Of a stretch of DNA of 64,000 nt, positions 58,109 to 64,000 are shown one piece after another. The DNA is from Bacteroidota bacterium (lineage in GTDB: Bacteria; Bacteroidota; Bacteroidia; UKL13-3). A program made the translations under genes and the position numbers. The notes under the pieces are model-generated. The model worked only from the letters and a program-made list of their open reading frames with translations. It did not search any database and was not told where the DNA came from. The stretch is taken from assembly GCA_947446605.1 (NCBI GenBank), contig CANFHJ010000001.1, positions 2,071 to 66,070 on the forward strand, written 5' to 3'. Each line of letters opens with the position of its first letter. Positions within the stretch are counted from its first letter, which is position 1.

Positions 58109-59192
58109 TTTCCTCTGCAGCCATTGCACTGGCATTTTTGTCTGAGAACATTTGATTAAGTGTTTTATATTCATTCAAAACCATTTCACGTTTTGTTCCA
58201 CCCAAAATAATGGCTTGAAATTCTTCCTTTAATTTTTCTAGGTTATAGTCTTTTTGAATGAGTTCTTTAACCGCTTCTCTGTTCAAATTTAAATTTACGA
58301 GGGAGGCATATTTAACTTTCACAAAACTTGTAGCGATGAGGTAGGTGAGGGGTTGGGCCGCATAGGCCACCACTTGTGGAATATTCATAAAGGCCGTTTC
58401 AAGGGAGGCTGTGCCGCTGCAAACAACAGCTGCTTCGCTTGCAGCCAATATACTTCTGGTTTCATTGAAAATGATTTTTACATTTTCATTTAAATAGTTG
58501 CTATAAAATTCTTGGTTCAAACCGGGTGAACCCGCAATGATAAATTGGTAATTGGGATATTCTTTTGCCAGCAACACCATATTGGGCAGCATGCGCTTAA
58601 TTTCTTGCTTTCTACTACCAGGCAATAAGGCAATAATTGGCTTTTGTGAAAGTGCATTTTTTTCTCTGAAATTGGCGTCTAATTTGAATTGTAGTGTTTG
58701 GTTATACAAAGGATTTCCAATGTATTTTGCATTCACTTTCCATTTCTTAAAATAGCTTTCTTCAAAAGGGAAAATGAGTAAAAGTAAGTCGATGTATTTT
58801 TCTAGTTTAAAGCCTCTGTTTTCATTCCAAGCCCATATTTTTGGTGCTATAAAATAGCATGTTTTTAGGCCCTTTTCTTTACCAAAAGCCGCTAAGCGCA
58901 TATTAAATCCAGGGTAATCTATAAGGATAAGGATATCTGGCGCAAAATCAAGTACCTGCTGTTTACACCTATTGATATTGTTTTTGATGGTTCGGATATT
59001 CATTAGAACCTCCACAAATCCCATGATATTGATTTCCTTGTAATGTTGCAATAGGCCTGGGGCTTGCGCCTGCATTAAATCTCCACCCCAGAAATTAAAT
59101 TCTGCTTTATGATCAATGGCAATAATGCCTTCCATTAAACTTGCGCCTAATAGGTCGCCACTGGCTTCTCCAGCTATTAAAAAATATTTCAT
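58086..59192 (-). CDS. lpxB: lipid-A-disaccharide synthase
   Basis: 368 aa with the N-terminus MKYFLIAGEASGDLLGASLM typical of LpxB (GT19). Confidence 0.85.
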   Translation of the reverse strand: MKYFLIAGEASGDLLGASLMEGIIAIDHKAEFNFWGGDLMQAQAPGLLQHYKEINIMGFVEVLMNIRTIKNNINRCKQQVLDFAPDILILIDYPGFNMRLAAFGKEKGLKTCYFIAPKIWAWNENRGFKLEKYIDLLLLIFPFEESYFKKWKVNAKYIGNPLYNQTLQFKLDANFREKNALSQKPIIALLPGSRKQEIKRMLPNMVLLAKEYPNYQFIIAGSPGLNQEFYSNYLNENVKIIFNETRSILAASEAAVVCSGTASLETAFMNIPQVVAYAAQPLTYLIATSFVKVKYASLVNLNLNREAVKELIQKDYNLEKLKEEFQAIILGGTKREMVLNEYKTLNQMFSDKNASAMAAEEIKKLLQA

Positions 59193-59354
59193 TGAACAAA
59201 CAAGGTAAGGCGTTATTACTAGGAAGTAATTACAAAGCTAAAAAAATAATGGAAAAGGGGGCAAATCAAAATATTTTTAACAGTAGCTCGTTTAATATGA
59301 AATTAACATAAAAAGTCTTTTGGTATTTGTTTAACTTGCTAAAAAATAAAGATA

Positions 59355-60251
59355 ATGGCTGAATCACAAAAAGAAAATCGCGGTACACTTTTATTATTGT
59401 TGTTACTGCTTATGGCTTCATTGGGTGTAAACTTTTACCAATGGAAAAACCACTCCACCACTGTTATTCAATATGGAGCAGAGGTTGATAGTTTAATAAC
59501 TGCGCGCATTAACGTTGAGCATGAATTAACAAGTGTTGGCATGGAGTTAGAGAAATACCGGGGCATTGCAGGAAATTTAGATACCATGTTAAATGATGCC
59601 AAAGGGCAGATTGCTGAGAAGGAAGCACAGATTCGCAACTTAATGGCCAATGAAAAAAACTTGGGTAAATTAAACAAGAAGCTTACTGCAAAAATGGACG
59701 AGTTGCGCAAATTGCGTGATGAGTATTTAGAGAAAATAGATGTTTTAATGGCAGAAAATCAAAAGTTAAAAGACGAGAATTCTGCCTTAAATTCAACTGT
59801 TAACAATTTAAATGAGCAGAAAAATTTATTAGAAGGAAAAGTTGCTGTAGCATCCCAATTGAAAGTTGAGTATGTAAAAGTAAATTCATTTAAAAAGCGT
59901 GGCAGCGGCAAGTTTGTGGAAAGCGTATTGGCAAAAAGAACCAATAAAATAGAATCTTGCTTTACGCTAATGGACAATAAAATTGCTGGGGCTGGCGATA
60001 AAATGGTTTACTTGGTTATTACTGCTCCTGATGGCAAAGTTTTAATGGGCTTTACCAAAGCGCAATTTACAGATGCCGAAGGAAATTCAGTTGATGCAAC
60101 TGCTAGTCAGAAGGTATCTTATACTGGTTCAAAACAAGATTTGTGCTTATCGTTTGAAAACGATGAACGCATTTTGGAAGCCGGTACTTATAGCATAAGC
60201 GTTTATGCTGAAAATGTTTTGGTTCATTCTAGTTCTTATTTGTTGAAATAA
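59355..60251 (+). CDS. N-terminally anchored coiled-coil protein, unknown function
   Basis: 298 aa with a poly-Leu TM segment, a long heptad region, and then a beta-rich C-terminal domain. Confidence 0.35.
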   Translation: MAESQKENRGTLLLLLLLLMASLGVNFYQWKNHSTTVIQYGAEVDSLITARINVEHELTSVGMELEKYRGIAGNLDTMLNDAKGQIAEKEAQIRNLMANEKNLGKLNKKLTAKMDELRKLRDEYLEKIDVLMAENQKLKDENSALNSTVNNLNEQKNLLEGKVAVASQLKVEYVKVNSFKKRGSGKFVESVLAKRTNKIESCFTLMDNKIAGAGDKMVYLVITAPDGKVLMGFTKAQFTDAEGNSVDATASQKVSYTGSKQDLCLSFENDERILEAGTYSISVYAENVLVHSSSYLLK

Positions 60252-60268
60252 GTCCTAATAGCAGATAT

Positions 60269-60309
60269 AAAAAAAGAGCCGTTCAATTTTTTGAACGGCT
60301 CTTTTTTTA
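60269..60309. terminator. bidirectional intrinsic terminator (12-bp stem AGAGCCGTTCAA/TTGAACGGCTCT, loop TTTT, A7/T7 flanks)
   Basis: Perfect palindrome between convergent genes. Confidence 0.85.
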
Positions 60310-60326
60310 TTTAAAATTAACAACAA

Positions 60327-60851
60327 TTATTTTCCAATATATTTTTCTTCAATAATGTTTCTATGGTGAATTTCATGTCCGCATAGGATATAAGGGATTG
60401 CATTTACAGGAATTTGTAATTCATTTGCCGAACCAATTTCTGCCCACATTTCTTCATCGAAGCTTTGAAATAATTCAATGGTACTTGCCCTTAATAAAGA
60501 ATATTCTTTCACTACATTTAATATTTTTCTTTTATTGGCTTTGCTATTTGGCGCGTATACATTTTCATCAAAACCAGGGAACTTGGTTTTGTCTTTCCTT
60601 GCCATACACAATGCTCTATAAGCCATTATACGCTCTGTATCCATGAGGTGCACCAAAATCTCCATAATGGTCCATTTGCCTTCAGCATAACTGCTGGTAA
60701 GGGTTTCATCATCTAGCGAGGTTACTAAATCTATTGTATCAATTAATTGAATTTGCAGTTCGCCTAAAATATCTTTTGTATCTGGCACTGTATTTATATA
60801 ATCCCATTGGTAGGAAGCAACTTCGTTTTGGTTTGGTTTGTTAATATTCAT
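60327..60851 (-). CDS. DinB/YfiT-like metal-dependent four-helix-bundle protein
   Basis: 174 aa with His-containing motifs (ILVHLMDTE, GHEIHH) typical of the DinB_2 family. Confidence 0.5.
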   Translation of the reverse strand: MNINKPNQNEVASYQWDYINTVPDTKDILGELQIQLIDTIDLVTSLDDETLTSSYAEGKWTIMEILVHLMDTERIMAYRALCMARKDKTKFPGFDENVYAPNSKANKRKILNVVKEYSLLRASTIELFQSFDEEMWAEIGSANELQIPVNAIPYILCGHEIHHRNIIEEKYIGK

Positions 60852-60925
60852 TTGGTTTTAGAAAGGAGCAAAGAAACAAAACTTTTCTTTTAAATTTTGG
60901 CTAATCAATAAGGGTGGTGGCAATT

Positions 60926-61432
60926 TTAGTCTTGGCACATTTCATTTAAAACGGCTTTGTGCCTTGGAAATTCCGCAATTAAATCTTCTTTTTTTGCCAT
61001 TTCAAAATCTTCAAAATCAAAACCAGGCGCTACTGTGCAAGAAACTAGGCTAAAACCGTTTTTAACTTCACATCTAGAGCCGAACCAATTACCCGCTTTA
61101 ATTAGGATTTGGAATGATTCACCAAGTTCTAGGTTATTTCCCAATTGATGGCAATGCAATTCGCCTTCTTGGTTTAATTCATAAATACTTAAAGTATTAC
61201 CGGCATAAAAATGCCATAATTCATCACTTGCTATTTTGTGAAAGGCAGAAAATTGACCTTCTTCTAATAAAAAATAAATTGCAGTGCTGGCATTTCTATT
61301 GCCCTTAAAGTTTTCGCCTATTAGTTTTTGTTCAAGTAAAATAGGACTTCTGTAGGTTTCGGCAAAGGATCCACCTTCTACATGGCGTGTTAATCCTAAT
61401 TTTTGAATATAATAAGCTGCATCTTTTATCAT
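60926..61432 (-). CDS. cupin-domain protein (DUF985-like)
   Basis: 168 aa with a beta-barrel cupin pattern. Confidence 0.4.
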   Translation of the reverse strand: MIKDAAYYIQKLGLTRHVEGGSFAETYRSPILLEQKLIGENFKGNRNASTAIYFLLEEGQFSAFHKIASDELWHFYAGNTLSIYELNQEGELHCHQLGNNLELGESFQILIKAGNWFGSRCEVKNGFSLVSCTVAPGFDFEDFEMAKKEDLIAEFPRHKAVLNEMCQD

Positions 61433-61476
61433 GTTGCAAAATAAATAAGCAGCGGCAGAAATCTCTGTAATAAAAT

Positions 61477-61935
61477 TTAGTTATGAGGCGGACGCGGTCT
61501 CATTAGAATAGTAGAAATTTCCGCGATGGTATTTTTGTAGTAAATTTTTTGGTCGGGGCGGCAAAGCAGGTATATTTCTTTAAAATGGTCTAGCGTTGCC
61601 ATATCTCTCATAACTCTGATGTCATTTAGCTCATTTAAATAAATGATTGCAGTGCCTTCATTTTCTGGTCCTTTTTGAACTTCAAGGAAAAGGTTTTTAC
61701 GTATGTTAGCTTCAATTATTTCTATTGAATCCATTTTATTGCGGTGGCGCATTTTAAGTAATTGAAATGCTTCAATTTGTTCTTTGTCTAAATGCAAGCC
61801 TTCAATAATCAATTGATCTGGCTGCCCCGGACGAATAGCTTTGTTTTGGCTTGAAAAATAAAAATAAGCAATTGTTACGGTGTTTAATATTAATAATAAG
61901 AGCACCAATAATTTCCAAACTTGTTCTTTTTTCAT
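61477..61935 (-). CDS. periplasmic helical protein with LTxxQ-like motifs (Spy/CpxP-like, tentative)
   Basis: 152 aa with an N-terminal TM/signal. The motifs LDKEQIEAFQLLKMRH are present. It lies downstream of the ECF sigma/anti-sigma pair. Confidence 0.3.
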   Translation of the reverse strand: MKKEQVWKLLVLLLLILNTVTIAYFYFSSQNKAIRPGQPDQLIIEGLHLDKEQIEAFQLLKMRHRNKMDSIEIIEANIRKNLFLEVQKGPENEGTAIIYLNELNDIRVMRDMATLDHFKEIYLLCRPDQKIYYKNTIAEISTILMRPRPPHN

Positions 61936-61939
61936 GATT

Positions 61940-62236
61940 TTATAGTTTTACAAGTTCATTGGAATCAAAGGAATATTCGTTAACATGACTTGTTATTGAT
62001 GCTGCTTGTTTTGATTGTTGGTATTTGTAAATAGCAATTCCATTAAAACTTACCAAAATAAGCGACGCAGCTACCAACCATTTTATTTGGGTAGTATTCA
62101 AATGAAATACATTGCGGTTTTGTTGATTAATTTTGTTTTGAATTTGAGCACTGAGGTAAACTGGCGCTTCAGCCTTGCGCATTCCCTTGGTGCTATCCAA
62201 AACTTCGTTAATCCAGAATTCGTTATGCTTATTCAT
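61940..62236 (-). CDS. small single-TM protein, putative anti-sigma factor
   Basis: 98 aa. It lies immediately downstream of the ECF sigma factor and has one TM helix (WLVAASLILVSFNGIAIY). Confidence 0.3.
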   Translation of the reverse strand: MNKHNEFWINEVLDSTKGMRKAEAPVYLSAQIQNKINQQNRNVFHLNTTQIKWLVAASLILVSFNGIAIYKYQQSKQAASITSHVNEYSFDSNELVKL

Positions 62237-62275
62237 GTTATTGTTTTTAGACGTTAAATTATTGATTTCCCTTCG

Positions 62276-62797
62276 CTAGGGTTTCATATTTTGTAGTTTT
62301 TCCCTTAGCGTTTTTTTTGCCCTTTGAACCAAAGATTCAACAGCTTTTAAGGAAATAGCCATTATTTCTGAGGCTTCTTGGTAGGTGAGTTGCTCAATAA
62401 AAATGAGGATAAAGGCTGTTTTTTGATTTTCGGGCAAATGATTCAAAGCAGCAAATAGGAATTTGGATTGTTCTTTTCTTTCCAATAAAATCCCTGGATG
62501 CACAAATTCAGGTTTATCATGCATTATTTCTCCGCTTTCTTCATTCCAAATGCTACTCAGGAAGGCAAAGCGCTTTTGGCGGTTTTTAAAACGTAGGTAG
62601 TCGAGGCTTTTGTTAATGGCTATGCGGTAAACCCAAGTACTCAATAGTGCTTCTTCCTTAAATTCAGGTAGTTTCTCATAAACAATTAAAAATATGTCCT
62701 GGGTTACTTCCTCCGCTTCTTCAGGCGATTGCAAATAAGAAAGCACCGTGTTGTAAACGCGGTGCTTTAAGGTTTCATATATGGAATTAAAATCCAA
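62276..62797 (-). CDS. ECF-type RNA polymerase sigma-70 factor
   Basis: 173 aa with sigma-70 region 2 and region 4 motifs (EVTQDIFLIVYEK; QKTAFILIFIEQLTYQEASEIM). TTG start. Confidence 0.8.
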   Translation of the reverse strand: MDFNSIYETLKHRVYNTVLSYLQSPEEAEEVTQDIFLIVYEKLPEFKEEALLSTWVYRIAINKSLDYLRFKNRQKRFAFLSSIWNEESGEIMHDKPEFVHPGILLERKEQSKFLFAALNHLPENQKTAFILIFIEQLTYQEASEIMAISLKAVESLVQRAKKTLREKLQNMKP

Positions 62798-62802
62798 TAA
62801 TA

Positions 62803-63171
62803 CTAGTGCTGGTGATCTGGTCCAAATACATTGGCTTGGTGACCAAAATGATGCACAAAATCTCTCATTTCATCACTCAATTCTTTGTTTCCTGTGGCTT
62901 TTTCAAAGGTATCTGCCATGGTGGCTAGTGTTTGAAACATAAATAAATTCATTTCTTCTACGTTCATATCTTGTGTCCAAAGGTCAATGCGCATGGCGTT
63001 TTGTTGCAGGCCATCAAAGATGCTCAACATAATTCCTTTTGCATTTTCTTTGCCAGTAAAATCGGCATCATCGGCATCCCATTCAATATTTATAGGAAGG
63101 TTTTCACTGTCTAAATGTACATCAATTCTAATTTGTGATGTCTTAGCGATTTCTTTTTTTTCTATGCTCAT
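62803..63171 (-). CDS. gldC: gliding motility-associated protein GldC
   Basis: 122 aa. The pattern I-E-W-x-A...RIDLWTQDM...FMFQTLATMADTF matches my recollection of the GldC family. This is not verified by alignment. Confidence 0.5.
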   Translation of the reverse strand: MSIEKKEIAKTSQIRIDVHLDSENLPINIEWDADDADFTGKENAKGIMLSIFDGLQQNAMRIDLWTQDMNVEEMNLFMFQTLATMADTFEKATGNKELSDEMRDFVHHFGHQANVFGPDHQH

Positions 63172-63172
63172 T

Positions 63173-63502
63173 TTATGCTAAATTATTTTTCAATTCTACT
63201 AGGAAATTCTTGATTTCTACTAATTTTATTTTGATGCTTTCAATATCAGGCGTTTCATTTATTTTTTCTTTCAATTTGTCTTTAGCGCCTGAAATGGTAT
63301 AGCCTTCAACTTTCAACAATTGGTATATTTGTTTGATGTTTTGAATGTCTTTTGTGCTATATTTTCTGGTGCCACCGTTGGTTTTTCTAGGCTTAATTTG
63401 GGGAAATTCTGTCTCCCAAAAACGCAATAGGGAAACACTTACCTTTAAATCTTTGGATACTTCCCCAATGGTAAAAAATACCTTTTCAACTTCTTCTGAC
63501 AT
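63173..63502 (-). CDS. MerR-family transcriptional regulator
   Basis: HTH FTIGEVSKDLKVSVSLLRFWETEF. The start is more likely the internal ATG 63500-63502 (MSEEVEKVFF) than the track's TTG at 63550. Confidence 0.7.
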   Translation of the reverse strand: MSEEVEKVFFTIGEVSKDLKVSVSLLRFWETEFPQIKPRKTNGGTRKYSTKDIQNIKQIYQLLKVEGYTISGAKDKLKEKINETPDIESIKIKLVEIKNFLVELKNNLA

Positions 63503-63518
63503 TTCTGGTAGCTTAAAA

Positions 63519-64000
63519 TTAATCGAAAGATTGTCCTTCTCTTGCGGCAATGTCGCGTATGGCTTGGTATTCTGCTTCTGTTAAATCGTTGAAGAAATAA
63601 TTAATTGGATTAATCTTCTTATTACCTTTTATAATTTCATAATGCACATGCGGGGCGGTTGAGGTTCCTGTAGAACCAACATAGCCAATTAATTCGCCAC
63701 GTTTTATTAATTGCCCTGGACGTGCTTTCATTCTGCTCATGTGGGCATATAGAGAAAAATAACCAAAGCCATGGTTAATAATTACATGGTTTCCGTAGCC
63801 ATTTCCACTTTCGGCCGAACTAATTCTTCCATTTCCAGTGGCGTAAATGGGAGTTCCTTGAGGTGCTGTAAAATCTATACCCGAATGAAATTTATGGGTT
63901 TTAAAAATAGGGTGAATTCTATAACCAAAGCCTGATGCAATGCGTGTAAGATCTTTATTGCTGATTGGCTGAATGGCTGGAATTGCGGCTAAAAATGCTT
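63519..64000 (-). CDS. M23 (LytM) peptidase, C-terminal part (gene continues beyond the window end)
   Basis: The reading frame stays open upstream of the track's M. Its translation is ...PIYATGNGRISSAESGNGYGNHVIINHGFGYFSLYAHMSRMKARPGQLIKRGELIGYVGSTGTSTAPHVHYEI, which carries the HxH M23 motif. Confidence 0.7.
   Translation of the reverse strand, partial: AFLAAIPAIQPISNKDLTRIASGFGYRIHPIFKTHKFHSGIDFTAPQGTPIYATGNGRISSAESGNGYGNHVIINHGFGYFSLYAHMSRMKARPGQLIKRGELIGYVGSTGTSTAPHVHYEIIKGNKKINPINYFFNDLTEAEYQAIRDIAAREGQSFD

Overview
The window is an AT-rich (~35% GC) chromosomal segment that is almost certainly from a Bacteroidota genome (Flavobacteriia or Sphingobacteriia-like). The evidence for that placement is the gliding-motility / type IX secretion operon sprF(porP)-gldK-gldL-gldM-gldN, a PorX-like REC+PglZ response regulator, gldC, and a fused lpxC/fabZ gene inside an lpxD-lpxC/fabZ-lpxA-lpxB cluster. 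Most of the rest is housekeeping: phoH, folD, lepA, hemW, hemD, thrS-infC-rpmI-rplT, hppD-hmgA, a system I cytochrome c maturation cluster ccmC-D-E-F, and a NAD-dependent formate-dehydrogenase-like pair (NuoEF-like subunit plus Mo-bisPGD catalytic subunit). There is also a sigma-54-dependent response regulator and an ECF sigma module. Mixed in are many lipoproteins and outer-membrane proteins. I found no integrase, transposase, CRISPR array or obvious mobile element. The features the ORF track does not explain are listed below.

- **Palindrome:** the 10-bp palindrome GGTTCGAACC occurs 9 times exactly, inside genes in different frames and between genes.
- **tRNA array:** an intact tRNA-Val(UAC) is followed by two decaying tandem copies of its 3' portion plus terminator hairpin.
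- **CcmE variant:** CcmE carries the rare CxxxY (Cys) heme-binding motif instead of HxxxY.
- **Permease-peptidase cassette:** a MacB/FtsX-type permease is tightly coupled to a polytopic membrane-anchored M23 peptidase and a second polytopic membrane protein.
- **vWA-LRR protein:** a secreted vWA-like + leucine-rich-repeat protein sits next to an SPFH protein.
- **infC start:** infC has no in-frame AUG ahead of its conserved N-terminal domain.

Many of the track's start codons are TTG or GTG, so several 5' ends are uncertain. The short antisense ORFs in the track are judged spurious.
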